The notes: a model not told the origin generated them from the sequence alone. Positions 53,863 through 64,000 are shown, counted from the stretch's first letter. The stretch is 64,000 bases of DNA from Chthoniobacterales bacterium (GCA_038323965.1 JBBQHM010000001.1:889-64888); one strand, 5' to 3'. Numbers and translations: made by a program.

Positions 53863-55194
53863 CTAGCTGGCAGCGCAATAGAGCGGCTCGGCCCCGAAAC
53901 GAGCGGTCGCGCTGGCTAACAATCTCGCCGGTCGACGCCACCATCCGGGGATATCGAGCAACGGATCCGCGAACGATTTTTCGGAAGCGAGAGCGCCGAT
54001 CATTTCGGCCAATACTGTCGGCTGCATCTCGGCGCTAGATACGTCAAACGCGCCGCTTTCGTAGCGGCCGTCGTCGCGCGTCACCAGACTATCCCAGTCG
54101 TATGCGCCCAACAGTGCCCACGCGGTGACCGCACGGATATCCGCACCCGCACGGCGCAATTTATTGGCAGCGTCCCAAATTTCGTGGAACCACCTCATCT
54201 GCTCGTCGGGCGTACAACCCAGATGCGCTTCCGTGATCGCCAACGGAATTTTGTAACGCGACCATGCGTCCCAATAAAGCCGGGAAGGACCAAAAATTCC
54301 TTCGGCTCGGACCCCGACCGTGCTCACGTCGACATACTGGTCGCGCCCGTTCCCGGCGTGATCTTCTCCCGGATAACGCCGCCAATCCGCGTCAATAAAC
54401 CTCTCGCTCGTGATGTAGTAATTGATGCCGAGGAGATCCGGCGGACAGGGCTCGTCGCGGAAGATGAGGATCTCTTTCTCCGCCAGGCCAGACCATCGCA
54501 GGTAGCTCCACATCGCATGCCCGGGATCCACTTTGCCAACCAATAAATCCCAGCCCAACCAGCGACGTTCGTTCTCAAAATCGACCTGATATTGCAAACC
54601 CGGCGAACCGACGGTGCAGCCGAGATCGTCGGTCTGAATCAGGATGGCCGCCGGATTCACCGTGCGAATCTCCTGCATCGCCAGCACAGTTGCCCGCGAT
54701 TGGTTCCAGAGCGCGCGGACAAAGCTTTCTTTATCGCGACGATGAGGAAACCAAAGACCGTACAACGCGCTGAATCGCGCCGTAGTCAGCGGTTCATTGA
54801 TCGGCGTGTAAGCGTCAATCCACGGATAGCGCTCGGCGACTGCTCGCGCGTACGCCGCAAATTTTTGTGGGAAATCAGGATCGAGAAGATCGGTGTAGCG
54901 CGGACCACTGCCGTGATGAAGCAAACCGACAATCGGCCGAATTCCGAGTTCGCGGCAGCGGTGCAGTGCGGCATCGCTCCACCGCCAGTCGAAATCATCG
55001 GCAAGCGGCGCGACGGCTTCCCACAAAATCGGGAAGCGCAACGTGTGCAAACTCAGCGCGGCGAATCGATCCAGATCGTCCAGACGTCTGCGATGGCCGC
55101 TACGTTCGAGTTGATCGTAGTAACGATCCCCGATGCGATTCAATGTACACTCTACGCCTCCCCATAGCTCGAGGCCTGGCGCGTTGCTTTTCAT
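53863..55194 (-). CDS. TIM-barrel glycoside hydrolase-like protein (GH1-like)
   Basis: Start at ATG 55194. LELWGGVECTLNRIGDRYYDQ..., RFPILWE, and TPINEPLTT (acid/base NEP). Confidence 0.5.
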   Translation of the reverse strand: MKSNAPGLELWGGVECTLNRIGDRYYDQLERSGHRRRLDDLDRFAALSLHTLRFPILWEAVAPLADDFDWRWSDAALHRCRELGIRPIVGLLHHGSGPRYTDLLDPDFPQKFAAYARAVAERYPWIDAYTPINEPLTTARFSALYGLWFPHRRDKESFVRALWNQSRATVLAMQEIRTVNPAAILIQTDDLGCTVGSPGLQYQVDFENERRWLGWDLLVGKVDPGHAMWSYLRWSGLAEKEILIFRDEPCPPDLLGINYYITSERFIDADWRRYPGEDHAGNGRDQYVDVSTVGVRAEGIFGPSRLYWDAWSRYKIPLAITEAHLGCTPDEQMRWFHEIWDAANKLRRAGADIRAVTAWALLGAYDWDSLVTRDDGRYESGAFDVSSAEMQPTVLAEMIGALASEKSFADPLLDIPGWWRRPARLLASATARFGAEPLYCAAS

Positions 55195-55205
55195 GCCTCC
55201 CGCGC

Positions 55206-56435
55206 TTAGGCCGCGGTAACGGCTACCGGCTCTCTCCGGGCGAGGACGTCTTCGATGTGCCCTTCGAGTTTGCGCACGATCGCTTCCCACGAATTGCGCC
55301 GCACTAATTTGAGCCCGTGCTCGATCTTCTTTTTGTCGGCGCGTCTCGCAGCGCGATGCGCGAGACGAATGAACTCTTCGTGGGAATCGCCAATCTCAAC
55401 CGCTTCGCTAAATTGAAGGACCACATCTTCGATCGCGGTCGAGACAATCGGCTTGCCCGTCGCCATATATTCCAGCGCCTTGGTTGGATTGATGAACTCG
55501 GTCGCTTCGTTGATCGCGAACGGCATCATGCAAACATCGAATCCCTTCGCGTAGGTCGGGAGTTCGCTGTAATCGCGACCGCCGAGCCAGTGCAGATTCG
55601 GACGCTGCGGAAATTTCGCGGGATCAACCTTCGTCCAGGGGCCCACGTAAACGACGCTCCCGTTTGGAGTTTCATCCGCGAGTCGCGCGGCTAGCTCATA
55701 GTCGAGGCGCTCATCTACGACGCCGATGTAACCAAATATCGGACGCGGCAGATCGGCGAGATCGGGCGCGATAATGGTGTTGGCGTCGAGAACTTTGTCG
55801 AAGTGTTTGCGGTCCACGCCGCAGCCGTAGGAAAAGCAGTTCGAATTATGCAGCCGTTTCGATTTCCAAATCTTCGGTCCGCCGGCGAACACAACATCCG
55901 AGATCGCGAGTAATTCGCGCTCCCGTTTCACCAGCTCGGGATGGGCCCCGCGAAATTTCGAAAGTTCATCCATGCAATCGTACACGATCACGCTCTCGTT
56001 CATTTTGCCGGCAAACGCGGTGACCGCCATCGGGTCGTAAAACCATTGCACGGCCTCTTCGAAATCGCGTCCGATCGGACTTGCCAGAAGTGACTGCACC
56101 AACCGCCGACGTTCGGCGTCGACCCATGCGCCATCGCTCCAGCGCGATTCGGGGATAGCGGTTTGCAGGACAACGATGTTCGGATAATCGCTCACCTCGC
56201 GAACAGTGATGGCCGACTTCGTGATCCCTGCGACGGGTTGCGGTCCTTCGACGAAAAGAACGCGATGATTTTTCGACAGGCGCGACAAGAATTGTTGCGG
56301 GCGCTGCCAGACCCAATCCCAGCCAAGATGTGAGTGCACGATGATCGGAAACGGCTGCTGAGCGGGCGGCGCGAAGTTGATCTGCTTGGTGCGTCCAGCG
56401 GCCGCGATGGGGTTTTTAAGTAGTGTTGTAGCCAT
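55206..56435 (-). CDS. GT-B fold glycosyltransferase (group 1-like)
   Basis: 409 aa. C-terminal ...CMMPFAINEATEFINPTKALEYMATGKPIVST is the EX7E-type region. Confidence 0.7.
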   Translation of the reverse strand: MATTLLKNPIAAAGRTKQINFAPPAQQPFPIIVHSHLGWDWVWQRPQQFLSRLSKNHRVLFVEGPQPVAGITKSAITVREVSDYPNIVVLQTAIPESRWSDGAWVDAERRRLVQSLLASPIGRDFEEAVQWFYDPMAVTAFAGKMNESVIVYDCMDELSKFRGAHPELVKRERELLAISDVVFAGGPKIWKSKRLHNSNCFSYGCGVDRKHFDKVLDANTIIAPDLADLPRPIFGYIGVVDERLDYELAARLADETPNGSVVYVGPWTKVDPAKFPQRPNLHWLGGRDYSELPTYAKGFDVCMMPFAINEATEFINPTKALEYMATGKPIVSTAIEDVVLQFSEAVEIGDSHEEFIRLAHRAARRADKKKIEHGLKLVRRNSWEAIVRKLEGHIEDVLARREPVAVTAA

Positions 56436-56548
56436 GATCTGCGGGGTAAAGTCGAGCCGTCGGAGTCTCCCGTACTAGCCAACGGAGACGCATCAAACGG
56501 TAAGGTTTTTACGTAGCAGAACGACGACTGGACTCGCCGTTTTCAGCG

Positions 56549-56621
56549 GGTGGCCAACGGGACTCGAACCCGCAACAACCGGCTCCACAAGCCGGGGCTC
56601 TACCATTGAGCTATGGCCACC
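56549..56621 (-). tRNA. tRNA-His (anticodon GUG) with encoded G-1
   Basis: G GTGGCCA TA GCTC AATGGTA GAGC C CCGGC TTGTGGA GCCGG TTGTT GCGGG TTCGAGT CCCGT TGGCCAC C. G-1 opposite C73 is the His identity element. Confidence 0.93.
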
Positions 56622-56777
56622 GTTTGTTGTCGCTCTGCGAGCGGGGAACGTAGCCGCTTTTCCGGAAAGGGAAAGCGACCGCTCGCATTTGGCACGATGC
56701 CCGCTCTAATTACGAGCGTGGCGCTCCCTCGCTTTGCAGTATCGGTGCTGCGCATTATGCTGTCTCGTCGTGACGAC

Positions 56778-58919
56778 ATGAGGCGCATCGCTTTTTTTCT
56801 CATCGTTGCCTTGTCGACGTTTGGGGCTGCTCAGACCCGAGCGCAGTCGGACGATCCGAGCGAGATTTTCCTGAAGGCCTACATGACGTCGCAACAGGGC
56901 GAGAAACTTGAGCACGAGAGCCAATTCGCCACCGCGCTGTCGAAGTTTCGCTTCGCCGGGGCGATGTTGGATGATCTGCGAAAACGCCACGGGGACTGGC
57001 AGCCGGCGATCGTGGAATACCGGAGCAGAAAAGTTTCGGAAAGTATCCTGCGAGTGCAGGGCAAGGCAGGGACGCAGCAGGAGTTGAATGCGACGGCACA
57101 ACAGCCGCCTGAGTCACCTTCGGTTCTTCCACAAAAGCGCACCGCCACTGCACCAAGCGTTGAAATCAGCGCTCCGAAATCGGCCGCCGCGCCCCAGCAA
57201 TTACTGGTGGAAACGCGACCGGAACCTCGCGTGCAGGCGGCCAATGATGCTGCAGTCCAGGAAGCGACGAAAAAGTTGCGGGAGAAAGTCGATCAGCTGG
57301 AAGCAGATCTACAGAAATCGCGGACGCAGATCGCCGCCGCTGTGAAAGATAAGGAAGCGCTCAGCACCAAACTGCAGGCGACAAATGGCAAGCTCGATGA
57401 AGCGCACAAGGAATTGGAGAAGTCGAAAAGCGCCGAGAAACAGGTGCGCGATCAACTCGCGCAGGCCGAGGATTCGCTAAAGAAAGTGCGGACTGCCGGA
57501 AGCGACACGAAGGCGGAACAGGCTTTAAAAGGCGAGATCGCGCAGTTAAAGAAAGCTCTCACCGTGGCGGAGGAAGGTAGGACGGCGGCGCAGAAAGAGC
57601 GCGATTCCGAGAGCTTCGCATTGGCCGAGGAGAAAAATAAGTTCGCGAGCGTTGCGCGCGAGCGCGATGAGGCCGTCGAGCAAGTGAAAGGGATGAAGGA
57701 AGCGGCGCAGCGCGTGCAGACGCTGGTCGCAGAAAATTCCGACCTGAAGCAAAAACTCGCGGACGCGGAAAAGACCGTGCGATCGATTGGCGAAGGAAAA
57801 CCGCAGAAGGAACAGGAGCTCGCGGATGTGCGTCGGCAGGTCGAACAGCTTCGTCAACAACTCGCCACCAGCGACAAGCAGAACAAGGAATCCGAAACCA
57901 TGATCGCGGATCTGCGCACGCAACTCGAAGATGCTGCCAAACAACTTGAGACAGCGAAACTTGCAGGCGCGAGTGCGGAAGACACCGCACGCCTGACGAA
58001 GGAAAATCAAATGCTTCGCGCTATCGTGATACGCGAACGTCAGGAGGAAGCTCGCCGCGAATCGACGAAAAAACTCATGCTCGCGGAGTTCGACAAGCTG
58101 AAGGTGAAATCAGACTCTCTGACTGAGCAGGTCGAGCTTCTGACGCAGCCCATTACGCGATTATCGCCGGAAGAACTGGCGCTTCTTCGCACTCCGATGG
58201 TGACGGTTTCGGACGACGGTTCTGCGCCTTTGAAAGCAAGTTTCACCTACGCGAAACCAGCGACCGCGAACTCCAACGCGCCAGCGCAGCCCGGATCTGC
58301 CACAGATGGAAAGACGGCGTCCACTCCGCCGGGGCCAGCTTCGGATTCGGCGACCAGAGGAGTGCCCGAAGAATTGGCGCCGCTCGCGCGGGAGGCACGG
58401 CAGAACTTTGCGGAAGGAAAACTGCGCGCCGCCGAAAAGCAGTACCAGGAGATTCTCACCAAGGCGCCCAACAACCTTTATTCATTGTCCAACCTTGGCG
58501 TGGTCTATTTTCGAACCGGCAAACTAAAGGCGGCAGAGTTGACGCTTAAGAAAGCGGTGACTGTTGCGCCGAAAGATGAGTTCGCGCACACCACGCTCGG
58601 GATCGTTTATTATCGGCAGGCGAAGTTCGACGATGCATTGAACGAATTAACAAAGTCGCTCGCGATTAATCCGAAGAGCGCTTCCGCGCACAATTATCTG
58701 GGAATCACGGCGAGCCAGAAAGGCTGGCAGGAAGCCGCCGAGAAAGAAATGCTCGAAGCTATCTCGGTGAATCCCGATTATGCGGACGCGCATTTCAACC
58801 TCGCTGTCGTCTATGCAACGGCGAGTCCGCCGTCGAAAGAGATGGCGAAGAAGCATTACGCGAAAGCGACTCAGCTCGGCGCCGAGCCCGATCCGTCACT
58901 CGAGAAACTGCTGCACTAG
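56778..58919 (+). CDS. secreted coiled-coil protein with C-terminal TPR repeats
   Basis: Start at ATG 56778 (signal peptide MRRIAFFLIVALSTFGAAQT). Long E/K/Q/A-rich coiled coil, then TPR repeats (YSLSNLGVVYF..., AHNYLGI..., ADAHFNLAVVY). Confidence 0.7.
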   Translation: MRRIAFFLIVALSTFGAAQTRAQSDDPSEIFLKAYMTSQQGEKLEHESQFATALSKFRFAGAMLDDLRKRHGDWQPAIVEYRSRKVSESILRVQGKAGTQQELNATAQQPPESPSVLPQKRTATAPSVEISAPKSAAAPQQLLVETRPEPRVQAANDAAVQEATKKLREKVDQLEADLQKSRTQIAAAVKDKEALSTKLQATNGKLDEAHKELEKSKSAEKQVRDQLAQAEDSLKKVRTAGSDTKAEQALKGEIAQLKKALTVAEEGRTAAQKERDSESFALAEEKNKFASVARERDEAVEQVKGMKEAAQRVQTLVAENSDLKQKLADAEKTVRSIGEGKPQKEQELADVRRQVEQLRQQLATSDKQNKESETMIADLRTQLEDAAKQLETAKLAGASAEDTARLTKENQMLRAIVIRERQEEARRESTKKLMLAEFDKLKVKSDSLTEQVELLTQPITRLSPEELALLRTPMVTVSDDGSAPLKASFTYAKPATANSNAPAQPGSATDGKTASTPPGPASDSATRGVPEELAPLAREARQNFAEGKLRAAEKQYQEILTKAPNNLYSLSNLGVVYFRTGKLKAAELTLKKAVTVAPKDEFAHTTLGIVYYRQAKFDDALNELTKSLAINPKSASAHNYLGITASQKGWQEAAEKEMLEAISVNPDYADAHFNLAVVYATASPPSKEMAKKHYAKATQLGAEPDPSLEKLLH

Positions 58920-59012
58920 TCAACCTGTCGGAGCACTGTTTCGCTTAGGGATGGTGCGCGAAGTCAGAACTATCTCTGCGTATTATGCGATTCCGCGCAA
59001 GATGAGAGAACG

Positions 59013-59736
59013 ATGCTGAACCCATTCCTCACCGCGCGTTGGCTGTATCTCGCCATGCTGGACTTTCGAGTGGATCCCGCCATCCTGGCACCGCACGTTC
59101 CGGTCGGCACCGAGATCGATTTTCACAACGGCGAGACTTACCTCAGCGTCATCGGCTTCCAGTTTCATCATACTTTGGCGATGGGATCGCCCATTCCGCG
59201 ACACCGGAATTTCGAGGAAGTGAATCTCCGCTTTTACGTGCGCAAAAAGTTCGGCGACACCTGGCACCGGGACGTCGTTTTCATCCGCGAACTCGTTCCG
59301 AAAATCGCGATCGCCGTAACGGCGCGAGTTTTCTACGGCGAACCTTATCACGCACTGCCCAATGCGAAGTGAAGTGACCGATCGTGACGGCGAATTAAAT
59401 GTTCGTTACGAATGGCGACGCGGCCGGAAGTGGGAATCGCTCGCGATGATGGCGCGCGGCTCGGCGCAAAGCATCCCCGCCGGTTCGCACGAGAAATTCA
59501 TCACTGAGCATTACTGGGGTTACACCCGGCGCGGCCGACGTACGAGCGAGTATTTGGTGGAACATCCACGCTGGAATTTGTGGATGGCGACCGGACACGA
59601 GTTCAAAGCCGATACCGCGACGCTCTACGGCGAGAAGTTCTTCGAAGCACTCATCTCGCTCCCGGCTTCGGCGTTCATCGCCGACGGCTCTTCTGTCGCC
59701 GTCTATCAAGGCGTAGCCGGCGATGATCTCAAGTAA
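59013..59736 (+). pseudogene. DUF2071-family protein split by a 1-nt frameshift
   Basis: The ORFs at 59013-59372 and 59362-59736 are the N- and C-halves of one protein of about 240 aa (…FEEVNLRFYV… / …EHPRWNLW…). The frame changes at CTGCCCAATGCG (59355-59366). Confidence 0.65.
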
Positions 59737-59789
59737 CAAAAAGGCCGATCGGAGCTGAATACCGCTGCTCTTAGGCTCGTCAAAAGAGA

Positions 59790-60758
59790 ATGAACAAGAT
59801 TCTAAACTTAATCGCCGGCGCGTCGCTGGCTCTCGTGACGTTCGCGTCCGCGCAGCAGCCTGACGCTTCCCCGAGCCCAGACAAACATTCGAAGAAGGAA
59901 GCAGCCCAGACCGCGCCTGCGACCGGTGCTCCCGACGCGGGCGTAACAGCTAAACAGTCCAAGCAGGAGCGTAAAGCCGCCAAATCCGCGACGGCGCAAG
60001 ACGCAAACGCTGCCGGAACATCGAACCCCGATAATCCTGTCAAACAGTCGAAACAGGAACGCAAAGCAGCGAAGGCCGCTGCGGCGCAACAACAGGGTGA
60101 CCAAACGGTCCCCGGCAATGGAACGAAGGGCGAGCGCAAAGCGGCAAAAGCTGCTGCCGCTGCCAGCGCCAGCGTAGCCCCTTCACCGGCCGGTGCCGCG
60201 GTCGCGAGCAGTAGCACCACCGCCGTGAAGACTAAGAAGCTCGACACGCAGAAGGTGGAAACGATCAAGCAAAAGTATGTGACGTTTCAGGCTCAGCCGC
60301 GTCCGGACAAAGTTCCGACGGTTACCTTCAACGCGAGCTATCGCATTACCGGCGCGAATCAATGGCAAGGCCCGCAATATGGGGTCTTCCGTGATTATCA
60401 GCCCGCGATGCACGACGCAGCGTTCTACCGCTCAAGCTACGGCCGCGTGGAAAATTTCGGCGGCGGAGCCTACTACTGGAACAATGGCTATTGGTATCCA
60501 GCCTGGGGTTATGACAACGCCTATTCCTATTATCCGTACGACGGCCCGATTTACGTCGGCCGCAGTGCGCTCCCGGTCGATCGCGTCATCGCGAACGTCC
60601 AGGCTCAGCTCCAGGAAATGGGATATTACCGGGGCGAAGTCGATGGCCTCCTTGGACCGCTTACGCGAGAAGCGCTGGCCTCTTACCAGCGTGACAACGG
60701 CCTGTATGCCACCGCGGTCATGGATGAACCGACACTCAGCTCGCTGGGTCTAGGCTAA
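59790..60758 (+). CDS. secreted protein with low-complexity KQSKQERKAAK repeats and a C-terminal peptidoglycan-binding (PG_binding_1-like) domain
   Basis: Signal peptide and three K/A/Q-rich repeats. C-terminal LQEMGYYRGEVDGLLGPLTREALASYQRDNGL. Confidence 0.7.
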   Translation: MNKILNLIAGASLALVTFASAQQPDASPSPDKHSKKEAAQTAPATGAPDAGVTAKQSKQERKAAKSATAQDANAAGTSNPDNPVKQSKQERKAAKAAAAQQQGDQTVPGNGTKGERKAAKAAAAASASVAPSPAGAAVASSSTTAVKTKKLDTQKVETIKQKYVTFQAQPRPDKVPTVTFNASYRITGANQWQGPQYGVFRDYQPAMHDAAFYRSSYGRVENFGGGAYYWNNGYWYPAWGYDNAYSYYPYDGPIYVGRSALPVDRVIANVQAQLQEMGYYRGEVDGLLGPLTREALASYQRDNGLYATAVMDEPTLSSLGLG

Positions 60759-60780
60759 GCCAAAACCATTGCAAACTTCG

Positions 60781-60814
60781 AAAGCCGCTGGGCGAAAGCT
60801 CAGCGGCTTTTTTG
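60781..60814. terminator. intrinsic terminator between convergent genes
   Basis: AAGCCGCTG ggcgaaagct CAGCGGCTT followed by TTTTTTG on the + strand. It lies between the 60758 stop and the acnA stop at 60857. Confidence 0.75.
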
Positions 60815-60856
60815 TTGCCTGGAAGAATCCATTAGCGCAGTGAACTGAATCTCGGC

Positions 60857-63736
60857 TTACGCCCGGTCATGCGAGATGATTTCGCGCAACACGAACGGCA
60901 GAATGCCGCCGTGCCGGTAGTAATCGACTTCGATCGGCGTATCGATCCGCAGTTTCACCGGCACCTTTTCGTTCGCGCCATTTTTGCGCGTAATCTCAAG
61001 CGTGAGCTGCTGTCCCGGTGCGATCTGTTCCGATAACCCTGTGACGCTAAACGTTTCGCTGCCCTCAAGGCCTAAGGACTGCGCACTTTGTTCGTCGAGA
61101 AATTGCAACGGCAGCACGCCCATGCCCACCAGGTTCGATCGGTGAATTCGCTCGAAGCTCGCTGCCACCACCGCTTTCACGCCCAGCAGTCGCGTTCCCT
61201 TCGCTGCCCAGTCGCGCGACGAACCCGTCCCATATTCATGACCCGCGAGAATGACCAGCGGGACATTTGCCGCCTGATATTTCATCGACGCATCGTAGAT
61301 CGACATCTGCTCGCCGCCGGGCTGATAAACGGTCACCCCGCCTTCGATCCCAGGCACCATCAGATTCTTGATCCGGACATTCGCGAAAGTCCCGCGCGTC
61401 ATCACGACATCGTTGCCGCGCCGCGATCCGTAACTGTTAAAGTCTGTCGCTTCGATGCCGCGTGAATTCAGATAATGTCCTGCCGGCGATGTCGCCTTGA
61501 TCGCGCCAGCCGGTGAAATGTGATCGGTTGTCACCGAGTCGCCGAAAATCCCGAGCGCACGCGCATTTTTAATGTCGGCGATTTTGCCGGCCTCCATGCC
61601 GAAGTCCGTGAAAAACGGGGGCTCATGGATGTAATCGCTGTTTGCGTCCCACTCATACACCTCGCCGGTGCTCGAAGTGATTTCATTCCACTTCGGATTT
61701 TGATCCGCAAAATCGCGATACAACCGCCGAAAAACTTCGGGCGTCAGCGCCGAACGCATTGTGTCGCGGATCTCCTGAAGCGATGGCCAGAGTTCGCGCA
61801 GATACACCTCCTTGCCTTCGCGATCCGTGCCAAGAGGTTCGGTTGCGAGATCGATATCCACCCGACCCGCGAGCGCGAATGCGACAACCAGCGGCGGCGA
61901 CATTAGGAAGTTAGCCTTGATATTTTGATGGATGCGCGCCTCGAAATTTCGATTTCCCGATAACACTGCGGCGGCGATGAGATCGTTGTCATTGATCACC
62001 TTCTCGATCTTCGGATCGAGCGGACCGGAATTTCCGATGCAGGTCGTGCAACCGTAACCGACCGTCTGAAAACCGAGCTGATCCAGATACTTCTGAAGTC
62101 CAGTTTTGCCCAGGTAATCGGTGACGACGCGCGAACCCGGCGCGAGTGACGTCTTGACCGAAGGATCAACCCGCAATCCACGCTCGACTGCTTTTTTCGC
62201 CAGCAATCCGGACGCGAGCATCACGCTTGGATTACTCGTATTAGTGCAGCTTGTGATCGCCGCAATCAGCACGCTGCCGTGGCCAATTCGCGAATCCCCT
62301 TCCTTGAATTCCCTGGCGTGAGTCACGGCAATCAGATCGGCGGGGGTCGCGGTCGGCCGATTCGTAATCATTTCACCGTGGCCCGCTGTTTCTCCGATCT
62401 TCGTCCCACCGTCTGCCACCATTCCTTCCGCAGCGTCGGTCGGCCCCGCCACGCTCGCATTTTCTCGCTCACCGTCAGTCGGATGCGCTCCGCCGTTGAG
62501 GTGAATAGGAAAACGTTTCGCGAGATCGGCGATGCTTTTCCCATAACCGCCTTCCTTAACCGGCTGCGCAAAAAGTTGACGAAATGTGTCGCCGAGTTGC
62601 GGGAGATTAATTCGATCCTGCGGGCGCTTCGGTCCCGCCACGCTGGGCTGCACTTCGCCAAGATTGAGTTCAATGTCGACGCTGTAATCGATGTCGCCTC
62701 GACGCGGCATCCCGAACATTTTTTGCGCGCGGAAATAGCTTTCGAATACAGCGCATTGTTCGTCCGTCCGGCCAGTCGCTCGCAGATAAGCCACGGATTC
62801 TTCGTCAATCGGGAAAAAGCCCATGGTCGCTCCGTACTCGGGCGACATATTTCCGATCGTGGCGCGATCGGCCACCGGCAATGACGCCGCGCCTTCGCCA
62901 TAAAACTCGACGAATTTCCCAACGACTTTTTGCGCGCGCAGCAATTGCGTGATGTGCAGCGCCAGGTCCGTCGCGGTGACGCCTTCCCGCATGGCGCCGC
63001 TCAAGTGAACTCCGACGACTTCCGGCGTTAAAAAGTAAACCGGTTGCCCGAGCATTCCCGCTTCCGCTTCGATCCCGCCAACGCCCCAGCCGACAACGCC
63101 GAGACCGTTGATCATCGTCGTGTGCGAGTCCGTCCCGACCAGCGTGTCGGGGAAATAGACGCCATCCTTTTCCAGCACGCCCTTCGCGAGATATTCGAGA
63201 TTCACCTGGTGCACGATGCCGATTCCCGGCGGGACGAGGCCGAAAGTCTTGAACGCCTGCTGGCCCCATTTGAGGAACTCGTAACGCTCGCGGTTACGCT
63301 TGAATTCTATCTCCATGTTGAGCTGCAGCGCCTGCGCAGAGCCGGCAAAATCAACCTGCACACTGTGATCGACCACGAGATCCACGGGGACGAGCGGCTC
63401 GATGATTTTCGGGTCGCCGCCGAGACGTTTCACCGCACTACGCATGGCCGCCAGGTCGACCACCAGCGGCACGCCGGTGAAATCCTGGAGAACGATGCGC
63501 GCAACGACGAACGGGATCTCGTCGTTCGCAGGTTTCTTCGCGTTCCAATTCGCGAGTGTCTCTACATCTTTGCGCCGAACTTTTTTGCCGTCGCAATTCC
63601 GCAGCACTGACTCGAGCACGATGCGGATACTGACCGGCAGGCGCGAAATCGGCCCGATGCCCTGCCCTTCCAGCGCGGGCAAGGAATGAAATTTACCGGC
63701 GCCAAATGTCTGAAGCGTGCGGAACTCGTTACTCAT
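60857..63736 (-). CDS. acnA: aconitate hydratase A
   Basis: 959 aa. [40 protein letters not shown], and C-terminal swivel domain [17 protein letters not shown]. Confidence 0.95.
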   Translation of the reverse strand: MSNEFRTLQTFGAGKFHSLPALEGQGIGPISRLPVSIRIVLESVLRNCDGKKVRRKDVETLANWNAKKPANDEIPFVVARIVLQDFTGVPLVVDLAAMRSAVKRLGGDPKIIEPLVPVDLVVDHSVQVDFAGSAQALQLNMEIEFKRNRERYEFLKWGQQAFKTFGLVPPGIGIVHQVNLEYLAKGVLEKDGVYFPDTLVGTDSHTTMINGLGVVGWGVGGIEAEAGMLGQPVYFLTPEVVGVHLSGAMREGVTATDLALHITQLLRAQKVVGKFVEFYGEGAASLPVADRATIGNMSPEYGATMGFFPIDEESVAYLRATGRTDEQCAVFESYFRAQKMFGMPRRGDIDYSVDIELNLGEVQPSVAGPKRPQDRINLPQLGDTFRQLFAQPVKEGGYGKSIADLAKRFPIHLNGGAHPTDGERENASVAGPTDAAEGMVADGGTKIGETAGHGEMITNRPTATPADLIAVTHAREFKEGDSRIGHGSVLIAAITSCTNTSNPSVMLASGLLAKKAVERGLRVDPSVKTSLAPGSRVVTDYLGKTGLQKYLDQLGFQTVGYGCTTCIGNSGPLDPKIEKVINDNDLIAAAVLSGNRNFEARIHQNIKANFLMSPPLVVAFALAGRVDIDLATEPLGTDREGKEVYLRELWPSLQEIRDTMRSALTPEVFRRLYRDFADQNPKWNEITSSTGEVYEWDANSDYIHEPPFFTDFGMEAGKIADIKNARALGIFGDSVTTDHISPAGAIKATSPAGHYLNSRGIEATDFNSYGSRRGNDVVMTRGTFANVRIKNLMVPGIEGGVTVYQPGGEQMSIYDASMKYQAANVPLVILAGHEYGTGSSRDWAAKGTRLLGVKAVVAASFERIHRSNLVGMGVLPLQFLDEQSAQSLGLEGSETFSVTGLSEQIAPGQQLTLEITRKNGANEKVPVKLRIDTPIEVDYYRHGGILPFVLREIISHDRA

Positions 63737-64000
63737 TTTATTTCCGCCAGTCGCTTCTTCACCTTGTCGAAATTGGGCAACGCCCGCGCGTCATCATTAC
63801 TTTCCGAGTATTGGATAACGCCGTTGCGATCGATGATAAAAACCGCGCGCTTCGGCACGCCGCCCATCGGCAGATTCATCTGCGGCAGAAACGAGTCGTA
63901 GGCCACGTCGTAGGCGCGCGCGACGTGATGCTCGTAATCGCTCAACAACGGCACGCCGATTTTCTCTTTTTCCGCCCACACTTCCTGCGCAAAAGGATTG
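63733..64000 (-). CDS. AhpC/TSA-family peroxiredoxin, C-terminal part; gene continues right of the window
   Basis: ...[16 protein letters not shown]...[15 protein letters not shown]. Its TGA stop overlaps the acnA ATG (ATGA). Confidence 0.7.
   Translation of the reverse strand, partial: NPFAQEVWAEKEKIGVPLLSDYEHHVARAYDVAYDSFLPQMNLPMGGVPKRAVFIIDRNGVIQYSESNDDARALPNFDKVKKRLAEIK

Noticed and set aside
56613-56777. The N-terminal 55 codons of the 768-aa ORF.
   Set aside because: This part overlaps tRNA-His and is Arg/Ser-rich. A signal-peptide-bearing ATG at 56778 is the plausible start.

Overview
This is a high-GC bacterial chromosomal segment, with Gram-negative-type envelope genes (Mla, HflKC, a TonB-C domain). 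I cannot assign a taxon without a database search. Most of the window is ordinary housekeeping:
- Translation: rplT, pheST, rplU-rpmA, rplM-rpsI, fmt, frr, proS, rsmI, three tRNAs and RNase P RNA.
- Nucleotide and cofactor metabolism: carA, pyrH, adk, nadC, trpD, birA, deoC.
- Envelope and lipid genes: mlaEFD, cls, a desaturase and several glycosyltransferases.
- acnA.

Four things stand out.
1. From about 15.0 to 21.0 kb, between mlaD and a cyclophilin gene, eight unrelated short + strand ORFs are separated by seven 93-147 bp elements. Each element has canonical integron attC architecture: RYYYAAC ... GTTRRRY boxes, imperfect inner arms and extrahelical bases. No integrase is present anywhere in the window, so this is a CALIN-like cassette array. 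Several cassettes have unknown function.
2. At 42.4-42.9 kb an intact tRNA-Lys(UUU) and a 79-aa GIY-YIG ORF are nested between the 5' and 3' halves of a second tRNA-like gene. That gene's anticodon loop is replaced by an 18-nt palindrome, and 32-nt direct repeats mark the junctions.
3. Seven copies of a palindromic intergenic repeat (terminal inverted repeats GTCATCCCGAGCGAAGCCGAGGGACCCCG) are scattered through the window.
4. Several genes are disrupted. A GT61 gene is broken by an exact 10-bp tandem duplication. A DUF2071 gene, a membrane protein gene and the tRNA-Arg T-loop have single-nucleotide, homopolymer-type lesions that may be assembly errors.

All product calls come from motif recognition in the supplied translations; no searches were run.
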